Both the position numbers and the translations under genes were made by a program. Below, in pieces: positions 30,908-42,209 of a stretch of 64,000 nucleotides of DNA. The notes below the pieces were generated by a model that was not told the DNA's origin, ran no database searches, and saw nothing but the letters and a program-made list of their open reading frames with translations. The stretch lies in contig CAVPKK010000005.1 in assembly GCA_963705705.1 (NCBI GenBank), positions 231,363 through 295,362 of the forward strand, in the 5' to 3' direction. The stretch is from an uncultured bacterium (GTDB taxonomy: Bacteria; Babelota; Babeliae; Babelales; JABCYS01). Position 1 is the stretch's first letter, and the number at the start of each line of letters is the position of its first letter.

Positions 30908-32329
30908 TTAATCTCTTATTTGCCGACGGCGCGTCATAAGTGCGGTCATATGTTGCCCCAATAGACTTTCTTCATCATCACCCATCATTGAGGTCAAATA
31001 TTGGCCTAATAAGCTATTATCTTCTTCTACTGAGTGTGCTTCAGTTGGACGCAGATTCAAAATATATTTCGCTGTTTCAGCTGGCATGCAGTGCCAAGCA
31101 TACTCCGCAACACAGGGTGCCAAGTCGGGCAGAAGGTGGGTGCTAATGTGCTCAACTGCTTTTTGATATCTGAGGATGTATTTCTTTAAGCGTGACAGAA
31201 GTCTAGGATTCTTTTCAACATGCGAGAGCATGCCCATGGCAAGCTGAAAGGTGGCTAATTCGGGATGAGCATCAACCGAAAGTAGTATGCCAAGCTTTTC
31301 GCCATTGATGGTATCAAAAACCGCTTGTTCGAAAACCGATTTCGCGCCATTTGTTATCTTAGGCAGCTGAAAACTTAAGTGGTGGGGCCAATCTTTATGA
31401 ATTGGGTTTTTACCAAGCTCTTCAGCAAATATCTGAACCAGTTCATTCGATCCACGGCTCATGGCTCGGCTTAATAATTTTTTTAATTTCATAGCCCCTG
31501 AATATTGAATAGCAAGTGTTTGTGGTTCTTCATTCGCGATAAGATCTAGAGCTTTGCGAATAAGTTCCTTTGCAATGAGAGGATAATTTTCGTATTGGGG
31601 TTTTACGGGCAAACCAAAATTTCTGAGTAATGCAGCAGCTACACCTTGACACTTTGCGGAAGATTTTGGGATCAAAGACCAATCAAGTAAGATGCGCAGA
31701 ACATGGATAATATCAGTCAGAGCCATTACTCTTATGTGGTGGAGATTTAAAGCAGCAGACAAACCAAAGGGCTCATCTTGTCTATTTATCCCAGCTATTT
31801 GGTGAAGTAATAGTTGAACCATTTCAATGTTACCAGCTATTGTGGCTCGGATTAATTCATTCAGTGATGTTTCTTTCAATTTCAATCTATCCATATCAGA
31901 AAATAATTGATTGAGACAATAGTCATCAGCATCATCTTTTTTGTATGCTTTTTCCATTAATATTGCCAATGGTATGAGGGGGCTATTTTGCTTTGCACAT
32001 CTTGGACGGCTGGAACAATCCTTGGTTAATCTAAGTGCTATTGCGCGAGCATCAATCATTTCATTTGTTTCTTTCTCCTTGAACTCCTCATTGTTTTCTT
32101 GGTGCTCCTTAAACTCGAGTTCACTTGATGTTGGCGCGGGAGGAGCTGGCGGCAGTGCGCTTGGAACTGGTCGTATCGCGATGGAATCTGTGGTGAAGCC
32201 GGGTTGCGCAGGCGGACGCGGCGCGCCATTCGTCTTGCGCTCTTCGGCCAAGTTGAAGGCTGGTTTGCTTGTAGGCAAAAGTGCCAAAGGTGTAAGAAGT
32301 AATAGGATAAATGCTAGTTGCTTAATCAT
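30908..32329 (-). CDS. Array paralog G10 (subfamily I, internally shortened)
   Basis: Lacks EDAKILFE/FFEAID block; INGEKLGILLSVDAHP; duplicated tail. Confidence 0.8.
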   Translation of the reverse strand: MIKQLAFILLLLTPLALLPTSKPAFNLAEERKTNGAPRPPAQPGFTTDSIAIRPVPSALPPAPPAPTSSELEFKEHQENNEEFKEKETNEMIDARAIALRLTKDCSSRPRCAKQNSPLIPLAILMEKAYKKDDADDYCLNQLFSDMDRLKLKETSLNELIRATIAGNIEMVQLLLHQIAGINRQDEPFGLSAALNLHHIRVMALTDIIHVLRILLDWSLIPKSSAKCQGVAAALLRNFGLPVKPQYENYPLIAKELIRKALDLIANEEPQTLAIQYSGAMKLKKLLSRAMSRGSNELVQIFAEELGKNPIHKDWPHHLSFQLPKITNGAKSVFEQAVFDTINGEKLGILLSVDAHPELATFQLAMGMLSHVEKNPRLLSRLKKYILRYQKAVEHISTHLLPDLAPCVAEYAWHCMPAETAKYILNLRPTEAHSVEEDNSLLGQYLTSMMGDDEESLLGQHMTALMTRRRQIRD

Positions 32330-34118
32330 TGTTGTTTCCATTTTGTTGTCGCAGCATGATTGAGGCCATATGTTCGCCTAAAATTCCTTTATTATCATTT
32401 CCCTGTTTGTCCGCAGGGTGGGCTGCCGGAATTATCGGCCTTAGATTCAAAATATATTCTTGAGCTTCAACTGGCATATGATGCACATAGTGTGCAACGC
32501 AGGAGGCCAATACGGGTAGCAAGTGTTTATCAACTTGAGCATTAATAAGCGCATCAACCTTTTGATATTTTCGCACGTACTTCTTTAAGCGGGAAAGTAA
32601 TCTTGGATTCGCTTCAACGTGTGAGAGCATGCCCATGGCAAGCATGTAGGGCGCAGATTCGGCGTGAGCATCAATTGATAGCAATGTGCCAAGCTTTTCG
32701 CCGTTGACCGATTGGCGGGCCCAGAGTTCCAATTGATAATACTGCTGTTGGTCGGCGGGGGCTTGATGAACTCCATTTCTTGGATCTCTTTTGATATCTG
32801 CCATTTCATCAGCAATTATTTGAAATATCTCCGGCGATCCGTATCTCATAGCACGATGCAGTAGAGAATCTAAATTTTCAGTCAAGGGATTTCGGCTGTA
32901 TAAAAAATTCACATCGCAGGGGGATCCGTTCGCGTGTAGTTCCCATTGCTTGCATTTTTGTGGCCACCAATACTGTTCCGCCATTTGCGCGACATGTATA
33001 AACGATCGAACAAGCTTTCGTGCTATTATTGGGTAATTCTCATACTGCGGGGTATTTTTTAAGCCAATATGTTTAAAAAATACCGTAGCTGCTTTTTGGC
33101 ATTTTGCCGAAGAGTTAGCGAAAGCGGAACAATCAAGCAGCACGTCAAGTAATGCGCGAATGTATGGCAGGATTGCATTCGCTTGGTTGAAATAAAAGTT
33201 GGTTTGCTCTGTTACTAAAATCATGTTGTCTAGTCTTATTAACGCATTGAGTAACGCATCAACTATTTCAATATGACCACTGATTATGGCCTGTGATAAT
33301 GCATCATTCATGGTCAAGAGGGTCTTTAGGGCAATAAGATGTTGGTTGTGCCATTCTTCCAATGTGATCTCATCTGGAATCTCGCTTAATTCTCGAGGTT
33401 TGCTTGACCAGTCTTTAGTTAGGCTATATGCCAATGATTTTGCATCAATTGATTTATCGTTGTACCAAGGTTCCATCAATACATCCCTGGCAAGAAGCAA
33501 TTTTTGCCGAATTTCATTGGGCACCGATTCCGCTACGGGTAATAACTGTTCATGATAGAAGTGTAAAAGCGTTTGCGCTGGCTCTGTTTTTAAACGATCG
33601 CGATATTTTAGCCGGTGATCAACTTTGGAGATAAGACCTATATCTTTTTCAATCATTTCGGAAATTGTTTGTATATCATGGTCATCAATAGCTTCGAAAA
33701 ATCTATTTAATGTACGGGCCTGGACTACTTCTTTACAAGGGGTGTGGCTCCATGGCTGATCCATGAGCTCAAACAATATTTTTGCATCTTCATCGGATGT
33801 ATAAAGAGCTTTTTTAGATTCTTTGCTTTCAGCAGCTTTTTCTTCCTGCTCTTTACGCTCAACATTGCCTTCTCGCTGGGTAGTCGGTGACGAACTTATT
33901 GCCCGGGTATTTTGCGGGACTTGTATCGATAGCGGTACTGGATTAGCTGCAAGCGGCGCAACAGACTGTGCCTCGGTGAAGGCTGCTGCGGCGCTGGGGC
34001 GTGATGGAACGCCGAGGTCACGGCGAATTTCCTGTAAGGTGACCGCCGGCTTATCGGTAGATAAAAGTGCGATAGGAGCGAATGATAATAGAGTAAAAGT
34101 AATTTTGTTAATAATCAT
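32322..34118 (-). CDS. Array paralog G11 (subfamily I, A-type)
   Basis: Family motifs; related to G14 and G18. Confidence 0.8.
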   Translation of the reverse strand: MIINKITFTLLSFAPIALLSTDKPAVTLQEIRRDLGVPSRPSAAAAFTEAQSVAPLAANPVPLSIQVPQNTRAISSSPTTQREGNVERKEQEEKAAESKESKKALYTSDEDAKILFELMDQPWSHTPCKEVVQARTLNRFFEAIDDHDIQTISEMIEKDIGLISKVDHRLKYRDRLKTEPAQTLLHFYHEQLLPVAESVPNEIRQKLLLARDVLMEPWYNDKSIDAKSLAYSLTKDWSSKPRELSEIPDEITLEEWHNQHLIALKTLLTMNDALSQAIISGHIEIVDALLNALIRLDNMILVTEQTNFYFNQANAILPYIRALLDVLLDCSAFANSSAKCQKAATVFFKHIGLKNTPQYENYPIIARKLVRSFIHVAQMAEQYWWPQKCKQWELHANGSPCDVNFLYSRNPLTENLDSLLHRAMRYGSPEIFQIIADEMADIKRDPRNGVHQAPADQQQYYQLELWARQSVNGEKLGTLLSIDAHAESAPYMLAMGMLSHVEANPRLLSRLKKYVRKYQKVDALINAQVDKHLLPVLASCVAHYVHHMPVEAQEYILNLRPIIPAAHPADKQGNDNKGILGEHMASIMLRQQNGNNND

Positions 34119-34140
34119 GTTGGTCTCCATTTGATCCTAG

Positions 34141-35907
34141 TTAGTCTTTCTTTTCATTTTCATCGGCTTTTGGCGCCGCCTGATGCAGGTTCAAAATATA
34201 GTCTTGCGTATCAGCTGGCATACAAAGTGAACCATATTGGGCAACTAAGTTTTCCAAGACAGGTGGAAGGTCTTGGCTGAGAAGTGCAGAGGTCATTTGG
34301 CATTTGCGAACATATGCCTTTAAGCGTGCAAGCATTTCTGGATTCTTTTCAACATGTGAGAGCATGCCCATGGCAAGTTGATAGGTCATAGATTCGGGAT
34401 GGGAGTTAATTGAAAGTAATATACCAAGTTTTTCGCCATTGACTGTCTCTAAAGCGCTACGTTCAAGTATTGATTTACAATTGTATGTGAAACGTCCATC
34501 CCAATGCAGCCAACCTGCATACCTTTTAATATCAGCCATTTCCTCAGCAATTATTTGCAGCATTTCTGGCGTTCCGCGCTTCATGGCATAACACAAAATA
34601 GCCTGTAATACATCAGTCAAAGGGCTGGTGCGGTGGGCGGCGATAAATGCCAAATGAGCTGATGGCCAGTAACCCGCTTCTCGTATTGTTTCACACGCCC
34701 GTTTTTGGTGTATCCAATACTGTTCAGCGGATGTCGCAGCATGAATAAGAGCTTGCATGAGTTTCCTGGTGATCGCTGGATACTTCTCATACTGTGGCGT
34801 GGCAGATAGTCCCAATTTTTGGAATATTGTCTTACCATCTTTTTGTAAATGTTCAGATGCTTGCGCAATGATAGAACAGTCCAATACTGTATGAAGGGCC
34901 GTCACAATCTTGGGAAATATATTAAATGTTTTATCAGCAGGAGGCTTCTGAAATGGATTGAGTGGTGCTAAGTGTAAAATTAAGTCGTTTACTCGAATTG
35001 CCAAGGCATTGAGCAATGCCTCAACGATACCATCACAGCCGCCCATTGATGCTCTTGATAACGCGTCATCTGCCTCAAGGAGTGTTCGCAAAATGCATAG
35101 ACGCTCATCTTTACATGCTTCAGCTAATGATACCGAATTTGGCAGGTCTATATTGGAGCATTCTGGAACCGGTAAATCTTTAGTCAGGCTTATTGCCAAC
35201 GATTTTGCATCAATTAATACATCCTCATCAACGCGCCACGGGATTAGGTGTAGACCATCCCCAACATGGCGTTTCCTTTGCCAAAGCTCATTAGGTACCG
35301 ATTCTGCTTCGACTGATAACATATTGTGATAAAAATTTAAAAGATTCTGAGCTGCTTTAGTTTTTACAAGAAAACGATAACGCGGTCGCTGATCATATTC
35401 AAATATAAGATCTATATCTTTGCTAGCCAGCGCAGAAATTGTTTGTAAGTCATGCGCATCAATAGCTTCAAAAAATCTATTTAGTCTACGCTCTTGGACT
35501 GCTTCATTACATGAAACTGGTAGGTGTCCCCACAGTCGCTTCACGAGTTCAAATAAAATCTTTGCATCTTCATCGGATGTATACAGAGCTGCAGATTCGG
35601 TGTCTCCATGCTTTTCATCATCATCAGTGCTTATTGCCTGCCTAATCTCCTCGCTTGACTCTTCTTCGGCTTCTGAATTGCTTTTTTGCATATTAACCGG
35701 AGACGAATTTGCTTGCATAGTCTGCGGCATCTGCACAGATAAAGGAACTGGAGTTGCAGCAGGTAGAATCGAATTAGCTACTAATTGGGCAGGCGGGCAT
35801 GGTGCGCCGTTCATCTTTCGTTCTTCAGCTAAATTGAATGCTGACTTATTTGAGGGCAATAGGACGATAGGGGTAAGTAATAAGGTAAAGGCAAGGAACT
35901 TAATCAT
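34141..35907 (-). CDS. Array paralog G12 (subfamily I, C-type)
   Basis: AFNLAEERKMNG; related to G16. Confidence 0.8.
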   Translation of the reverse strand: MIKFLAFTLLLTPIVLLPSNKSAFNLAEERKMNGAPCPPAQLVANSILPAATPVPLSVQMPQTMQANSSPVNMQKSNSEAEEESSEEIRQAISTDDDEKHGDTESAALYTSDEDAKILFELVKRLWGHLPVSCNEAVQERRLNRFFEAIDAHDLQTISALASKDIDLIFEYDQRPRYRFLVKTKAAQNLLNFYHNMLSVEAESVPNELWQRKRHVGDGLHLIPWRVDEDVLIDAKSLAISLTKDLPVPECSNIDLPNSVSLAEACKDERLCILRTLLEADDALSRASMGGCDGIVEALLNALAIRVNDLILHLAPLNPFQKPPADKTFNIFPKIVTALHTVLDCSIIAQASEHLQKDGKTIFQKLGLSATPQYEKYPAITRKLMQALIHAATSAEQYWIHQKRACETIREAGYWPSAHLAFIAAHRTSPLTDVLQAILCYAMKRGTPEMLQIIAEEMADIKRYAGWLHWDGRFTYNCKSILERSALETVNGEKLGILLSINSHPESMTYQLAMGMLSHVEKNPEMLARLKAYVRKCQMTSALLSQDLPPVLENLVAQYGSLCMPADTQDYILNLHQAAPKADENEKKD

Positions 35908-37729
35908 GCTGTTCTCCATTGTCTCTTGGTTGCTGGAGCATAAGTGTGGCAATATATTCGCCTAAAATTCCTTCATTATAATTTTCCTGTTCGTCCGTAG
36001 GTTGGGCTGCGGGGATTACCGGCCTTAGATTCAAAATATAGTCTTGAGTTTCAGCTGGCATACACTGCACATAGTCTGAAACGCAAGGTGCCAAGACGGG
36101 AAGTAAATATTCATTAACTTGAGCATTAATAAGCGCACCAGTCATTTGATATCTTCGCACGTATTTCTTTAAGCGGGCAAGTAATCTTGGATTTTTTTCA
36201 ATATGTGAGAGCATGCCCATGGCGAGTATGTATGGCATAGATTCAGGATGCGCATCAATCGATAGCAATATGCCAAGCTTTTCACCATTGACTGTTTCTA
36301 TAGCCATTTTCTTAAATTTTTCCGCTAACCCTGAATCAGCTGCTTGGTGCATTCCATTTCTTGGATCTCTTTTAATGGCCGCCATTTCTTCGCCGATTAC
36401 TTGCAGCATCTCAGGCGTTCCTCGCCGCATGGCAGAACACAGTATGTCTTCTAAGGTAACAGCCAAAGGGCTTTTGTTTCCGATATAAAGAGGCGGCTGA
36501 CCGGCTTGAAACATTGCCATTTGTTTACAAACTTTTTTCCACCAATATTGTTCAGCGATTGTTGCGATATGTATAAGGGCACGAATGAGCTTTCTCGCTA
36601 TTGTTGGGTAATTCTCATAATGTGGGTTGTTTTTTAAGCCAATGTGTTTGAATAACACGGCGGCAGCTTGTTGGCATTTTTCCGATGACTTTGCGATCAT
36701 CGAGCAATCAAGTAGCGCATCGAGTGACCTGATGATCCACGGAAGGTATCTTGAATTTACATCCATTGCTGGTGATTTGGTGAGCCGGTGTTTTGGTTGT
36801 GCCTCTAAGATCATGGCGTCTAATCTAATTATTAACGCATTGAGCAATGTATCCACTATTTCATCATGGCCGCTCATTATTTCTCGTGATAATGTATCTG
36901 TATTAGGAAAGAGATTGAGCAGAACCTTAAGAAACGGATCTTTCTTCATTCTTTCCTGCAGTTTATCCAATGCTAACTTATTTGGAGTTTCTGCCTGGCA
37001 TAAATACCGATTGCAGGACAGGTCTTTTGATAAGTGGAATGCCAATGATGTCGCATCGAAAAATAGTTTCTCAAACCATGGCACTGCGAACTTATTTCTA
37101 ATAGAGCGCATTTCTTGCCATAGTTCGTTGGGCGATGTTTCTGCTGCGGTTAATAACTGTTCGTGATAGAAGTGTAAGAGCTTCTGTGCAGCATCGGTTT
37201 GTAAATAATGTCGATATTGACTGCGTAGATCAGTTTTAAATAGAAGATTTATATTTTCACTTGCTAGTGCTGAAATTGTTTGTACATCATGAGTATCAAT
37301 TGCCTCAAAAAACTTTGTCTGTTTACGGTCTTGGACCGCCTTTTTGCAAGCAAGAGGCAAGCTGTCTAATCCATTAATGAACTCAAATAATATGTTCGCA
37401 TCTTCGTCAGAGATATATTGAGCCTCTTCAGTTGCCTTGTGTTCTAGCTTTTCATCATCCTCTTTTGCTTCTTTCTCTTTATTTTCGCCGGCGGTTTGTT
37501 GCATTGAAGTAAGAGATGAACTTATTGCTGGGGTAAAGTGCGGAGCTCGTATTGATAACGGTACTGGGTTAACGGCTAGCGGTGTAATAGACTGTGCCGA
37601 TGCTGCCGTTGCCGGGCGTGATGGAACGCCAAGCTCTTGGCGAATGTCTTGTAAGGTAACCGCCGGCTTATCAGTAGCAATAAGGACGATAGGGGTAAGT
37701 AATAGGGAAAGAGCTAATCGCTTAGTCAT
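35900..37729 (-). CDS. Array paralog G13 (subfamily I, B-type)
   Basis: Highly similar to G17 over full length. Confidence 0.8.
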   Translation of the reverse strand: MTKRLALSLLLTPIVLIATDKPAVTLQDIRQELGVPSRPATAASAQSITPLAVNPVPLSIRAPHFTPAISSSLTSMQQTAGENKEKEAKEDDEKLEHKATEEAQYISDEDANILFEFINGLDSLPLACKKAVQDRKQTKFFEAIDTHDVQTISALASENINLLFKTDLRSQYRHYLQTDAAQKLLHFYHEQLLTAAETSPNELWQEMRSIRNKFAVPWFEKLFFDATSLAFHLSKDLSCNRYLCQAETPNKLALDKLQERMKKDPFLKVLLNLFPNTDTLSREIMSGHDEIVDTLLNALIIRLDAMILEAQPKHRLTKSPAMDVNSRYLPWIIRSLDALLDCSMIAKSSEKCQQAAAVLFKHIGLKNNPHYENYPTIARKLIRALIHIATIAEQYWWKKVCKQMAMFQAGQPPLYIGNKSPLAVTLEDILCSAMRRGTPEMLQVIGEEMAAIKRDPRNGMHQAADSGLAEKFKKMAIETVNGEKLGILLSIDAHPESMPYILAMGMLSHIEKNPRLLARLKKYVRRYQMTGALINAQVNEYLLPVLAPCVSDYVQCMPAETQDYILNLRPVIPAAQPTDEQENYNEGILGEYIATLMLQQPRDNGEQHD

Positions 37730-39515
37730 CGTTATTTCCATTTCTTGATTGCTGCTGCATAAGTGCAGTCATGTGTTCGCCTAAAATTCCTTCATTATCA
37801 TTTTCCTGTTGCCCTGCAGGTTGCGCTGCTTGGATTGCCGGTCTTAGGTTTAAAATATAGTTTTGGATATCAGCTGGCATATAATGCACATAGTGTGCAA
37901 CGCAGGGTGCCAATACGGGAAGTAGGTGTCCGCTGGCTTGAGTATTAATAAGTGCATCAGTCTTTTGATATCTTCGGATGTATTTCTTTAAGCGGGAAAG
38001 CAGCCTTGGATTCTTTTCAACACGCGAGAGCATACCCATGGCAAGCATATGCGGAGCAGATTCCGCGTGGGCATTAAGTGATAACAATATGCCAAGCTTT
38101 TCGCCATTGACTGCATCGCGGGCCATGAGCTCAAATTGGTCATAATGCCGCGGGTCGGCGTCTTGGTGAACTCCATTTCTTGGGTCTCTTTTGATATCTG
38201 CCATTTCTGCAGAGATTATTTGAAACATCTCAGGTGATCCGTGCATCATGGCATGATGCAGTAGAGAACCTAAATTTTCATCCAAAGGACTCCGATTGCC
38301 CAAAAAATTCATACAATTGGACCTTGGCTGCCCCGCCTCAATCATTGCCGATTGCTCGCATTTTTTTGACCACCAATATTGCTCTGCAGTTTGTACGACA
38401 TGTATAAAGGCGCGAACAAGCTTCCGCGCTATTGCTGGGTAATTCTCAGTTATTTTTAAGCCAATATGGTGGAAGATTTTCTCATTCGCTTTTTGGCATT
38501 TTGCCGAAGAGTTAGCGATGGTAGAAAAGGCAAGTAACACCTCTAGAGACCATCGAATATTCTGGAGATCTACTCGCTTTATGTTTATCGCCGGGGATCT
38601 GGCAAACTGTTTTTCTGGTGTCATCTCTAAAATCATGGCATCTAATCTAGGTATTAATATATTGAGCAAGGTATCTACTATTTCAATACGGCCACAAATT
38701 GTGGGCCGTGATAAAGCATCATTTCCAGCCAGGAGGCGCTGCAGTGCCAGCAAGGCAGCAAGATGCTCATTATGTAATTGATCAAATGTAATCTCATCTG
38801 GGACTTCACATATTTTTCGGGATCTGGTCGAAAAGTCTTTAGTTAAGCTGTATGCCAATGATTTGGCATCGAAGAATTGATCATCAAACCAAGGTAGTTC
38901 TAGAAGTACATTCCTAGCACGACGCAATTTTTGCCAGAGCTCGGCGGGCACGGAATCTGCTGCAGGTAATAACTGTTCGTGATAGAAGCGTAAAAGCTTT
39001 TGCGCTGACTCCGTTCTTAAACAATCACGATATTTGCTTCGGTGATCTTTTTGAGAGATAAGACCTATATTTTCCTCAGCCATTGCGGAAATTGTTTGTA
39101 TATCATATGTATCTAGCGCGTCGAAAAATTTATTTAATGTATGGGCCTGGATTACTTCTTTACAAGGTGTGTGACTCCATGGCTGATCCATGAGTTCAAA
39201 CAATATTTTTGCATCTTCATCCGATGTATATAGTTTGGACTCTTTGCCTTCATCGGCCTTTTCCTTCTGCTCTTTACACTCAATATTGCCTTCTTGCCGT
39301 GCAGTTAGGAATGAACTTACTGTTGGGGTAATTTGCGGGGCTTGGGTCGATAATGGTACCGGGTTAGCTGCAAGCGGTGCAGCATGTTGCGCCACTGGGC
39401 GTAATGGACCGTCGAACCCTTGGCGAATTTCTAGTGATGTAATGGCCGGCTTATCCGTAGCCAGAAGGGCGATAGGGGTAAATAGTACTAGGGCGAGAGC
39501 TAATTGCTTAATCAT
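37722..39515 (-). CDS. Array paralog G14 (subfamily I, A-type)
   Basis: 3' part identical to G18; N-terminal core like G11. Confidence 0.8.
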   Translation of the reverse strand: MIKQLALALVLFTPIALLATDKPAITSLEIRQGFDGPLRPVAQHAAPLAANPVPLSTQAPQITPTVSSFLTARQEGNIECKEQKEKADEGKESKLYTSDEDAKILFELMDQPWSHTPCKEVIQAHTLNKFFDALDTYDIQTISAMAEENIGLISQKDHRSKYRDCLRTESAQKLLRFYHEQLLPAADSVPAELWQKLRRARNVLLELPWFDDQFFDAKSLAYSLTKDFSTRSRKICEVPDEITFDQLHNEHLAALLALQRLLAGNDALSRPTICGRIEIVDTLLNILIPRLDAMILEMTPEKQFARSPAINIKRVDLQNIRWSLEVLLAFSTIANSSAKCQKANEKIFHHIGLKITENYPAIARKLVRAFIHVVQTAEQYWWSKKCEQSAMIEAGQPRSNCMNFLGNRSPLDENLGSLLHHAMMHGSPEMFQIISAEMADIKRDPRNGVHQDADPRHYDQFELMARDAVNGEKLGILLSLNAHAESAPHMLAMGMLSRVEKNPRLLSRLKKYIRRYQKTDALINTQASGHLLPVLAPCVAHYVHYMPADIQNYILNLRPAIQAAQPAGQQENDNEGILGEHMTALMQQQSRNGNNDD

Positions 39516-39541
39516 TGTTGTCTCCATTTGAATCATAAAGG

Positions 39542-40492
39542 CTAACCTTTTGGCTGCAGCCTCATAATTGAAGTCATATGTTCACCTAATAGATTTTCAT
39601 CGGTTGAATGTTGTGCCGCTGCTGTTCCCGATCTTAAGGCAAGTATGCGCTGCAGCAGCTCTACTGGTAAATTGTATTGCGCATAATCTTTGACGATATG
39701 CGAAAGTACTACCGGTGGTAAATGCTTGTTGAGTTGTTTATCAAGAAGTCGGAGACTGCCTATGAATCTTTTCATGCGTAAAAGAACTGCCTGATCCTGC
39801 GCAACGCGATAAAGTATGCCCATGCCCATTTGATGAACCAAAGATCTAGGGTCTGCACGGATTGCGAGTAACACATCAAGATTAGCGCCTCCGGATACTA
39901 ATTGTTGCATGAGGCTATCAAACGTTGTTCCATTTGGTTCCACGGTTCTCAAATAATGAGTATCAGGAAAATGAGCGAGCTCTTCTGCAACAGCCTGCAG
40001 CATAGGTCGCCTACATTTCATTGCCTTGCTTAAAATTTCTCGCACATCCATTTCATGAATTTCAGTTACACCAAAATTGGTCATGGAGATATAGATCTGC
40101 AAAAGTTTGCGAACATACAATAATGAACTACGCTCGCAACTTAATGGATTATCAGATGAACGGCACATGAGAAAACCCTTAATGTTGCCGACGATATAAC
40201 CCTTAATAATGATGTTTTGATATTCTTTATTATCTGAGGCAGCTGCTTTCTTTACTTTGAGTAAAACATCATGTACCCAAAGTGATGCTTCTTGCTCGGC
40301 TTCATCTTGAATCGGTTCAGGGCTTTTTTCTTCATGCTCTTTACTTTCTCGTTCTTGAAGCGATTGAGGAACCGGCCGTGATGGAACGCCGAATTCTTGG
40401 CGAATCTCTTGCAATGTGGTCGCCGGCTTATCTGTAGATAAAAGGACGACAGGGATAAATAGTATTAGAGTGAGAGCTAATTGCTTAATCAT
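39542..40492 (-). CDS. Array paralog G15 (short, divergent)
   Basis: Same signal and tail; divergent core VSGGANLDVLLAIRADP, HLPPVVLSHIVKDY. Confidence 0.75.
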   Translation of the reverse strand: MIKQLALTLILFIPVVLLSTDKPATTLQEIRQEFGVPSRPVPQSLQERESKEHEEKSPEPIQDEAEQEASLWVHDVLLKVKKAAASDNKEYQNIIIKGYIVGNIKGFLMCRSSDNPLSCERSSLLYVRKLLQIYISMTNFGVTEIHEMDVREILSKAMKCRRPMLQAVAEELAHFPDTHYLRTVEPNGTTFDSLMQQLVSGGANLDVLLAIRADPRSLVHQMGMGILYRVAQDQAVLLRMKRFIGSLRLLDKQLNKHLPPVVLSHIVKDYAQYNLPVELLQRILALRSGTAAAQHSTDENLLGEHMTSIMRLQPKG

Positions 40493-42209
40493 TATTGCCT
40501 CTATTCCTTTGCTGTTCCAGCATGATGGAGGCCATATGATCGCCTAAGAAACCTTCATTATCATTTGCTGGTTGTTCTGCAAGTTGTAATGCTGGGATTA
40601 CCGGCCTTAGATTCAAAATATAGTCTTGAGTTTCAGCTGGCATACAATGCGAATCATATTGCGCAACACAAGGTGCCAATGCCGGCAGAAGATGCTCAGC
40701 AATAAGCTCATTGGTCGTTTGCCATTTGCGGATGTATTTCTTTAAGCGGGCAAGTAATCTTGGATTTTTTTCAACATGTGAGAGCATGCCCATGGCGAGT
40801 ATGTATGGCATAGATTCAGGATGCGAATCAATCGATAGCAATATGCCAAGCTTTTCGCCGTTGACCGTTTCCATAGCCATTTGCTTAAATTGTTCCGCTA
40901 ACCTTGAATCAATTGCTTGGTGCATTCCATTCCTTGGATCTCTTTTAATGGCTGCAATTTCTTCGCCAATTATTTGTAGCATCTCGGGTGTTCCTCGCCG
41001 CATGGCAGAACACAGTATGTTTTCAAAAACCAATGCCAAAGGGCTTTGGTCTCGGCTAGCAATAACATCAAAGTGAAGGGGTATCTGGCGACCCGCTTCT
41101 CTCATCGCTGAAAGTTCAGTTCTTTTTTGAAACCAGTATTTTTCTGCGGCTATCGCAGTGTGTAAAAGGGCTCGTAAAAGTTTTCTAGTGATCGCTGGAT
41201 AATTCTCATAATGGGGGGTGGTTGGTAAGCCCAAATGCTTGTAGAGTACCGCGGCAGCCTTTTGGCATTTTTCTGATGATTTGGCGATGGAAGAACAGTG
41301 CAATAGCACATGAAGTGAGCCACATATTTTGGGAAGTAGATCAAACACTTTTTCCGCAGGAGGATCGCCAAAAAGGCTAGGTTCCGTTTTTAGGATTAGG
41401 GCATTTACGTCATTTACTAATGCATCGAGCATTGCCTGAACTATTTCAGTATGACCGCCGACAGATGCTTGTGATAATGCATCCCGACTGGCAAAGAGCG
41501 TATGCAAGCCATAAAGCTCCTTTCCATGGGCTACAGATAATGGTATTGCATCTGGGAGTTCAGTTTCGGCACGATTCCAGCGAATCAATTCATTTTTAGT
41601 TAAGCGAAAGGTTAATGATTTTGCATTCATTAACTCATCCCCATGAGCAAACCATGGTGCCTTTGATATCTTATTTGCAAGATCGCTTAATTCATTATAG
41701 AACGTGAAGTCTAGGCGATCTGTTGTAGGTAAAACATTGTAGTATGTATTTAAAAGCGTCTGCGCATCATTGGTTTTTAGAAGAGCGCGATATTTCCTGC
41801 GCAAATCAATCGCGAATATAAGTTGTATATCTTTGGCTGCCATTGCTGAAATTGTTCGCACGTCATGGGCGTCGATAGCTTCAAAAAATCTGTTTAGTGC
41901 GCGAGCTTTGACTGCTCGTTCACAGCCGAATGGCACAAAATTCAGCAGACAGTTAACGAGCTCAAATAAAATCTTTGCGTCTTCATCTGATGTATATAGA
42001 GGTTCAGATTCTTTATATTCTATATTTTCTCTCATAGCAGTTAGCGATGAACTGGCTGTGTTCCGCACAGATGAATCGGCTATTGGTTGTGAAGGCTGAT
42101 GAGGCATGCCGTTCATCTTTCGTTCCTGCGCTAAATTGAATGCGGGCTGGCTGGAAGGTAATAGGGCGATAGGGGTGAGCAGTAAGGTAAGGGCCAGGTA
42201 CTTAATCAT
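40485..42209 (-). CDS. Array paralog G16 (subfamily I, C-type)
   Basis: N-part like G12, C-part like G13/G17. Confidence 0.8.
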   Translation of the reverse strand: MIKYLALTLLLTPIALLPSSQPAFNLAQERKMNGMPHQPSQPIADSSVRNTASSSLTAMRENIEYKESEPLYTSDEDAKILFELVNCLLNFVPFGCERAVKARALNRFFEAIDAHDVRTISAMAAKDIQLIFAIDLRRKYRALLKTNDAQTLLNTYYNVLPTTDRLDFTFYNELSDLANKISKAPWFAHGDELMNAKSLTFRLTKNELIRWNRAETELPDAIPLSVAHGKELYGLHTLFASRDALSQASVGGHTEIVQAMLDALVNDVNALILKTEPSLFGDPPAEKVFDLLPKICGSLHVLLHCSSIAKSSEKCQKAAAVLYKHLGLPTTPHYENYPAITRKLLRALLHTAIAAEKYWFQKRTELSAMREAGRQIPLHFDVIASRDQSPLALVFENILCSAMRRGTPEMLQIIGEEIAAIKRDPRNGMHQAIDSRLAEQFKQMAMETVNGEKLGILLSIDSHPESMPYILAMGMLSHVEKNPRLLARLKKYIRKWQTTNELIAEHLLPALAPCVAQYDSHCMPAETQDYILNLRPVIPALQLAEQPANDNEGFLGDHMASIMLEQQRNRGNND

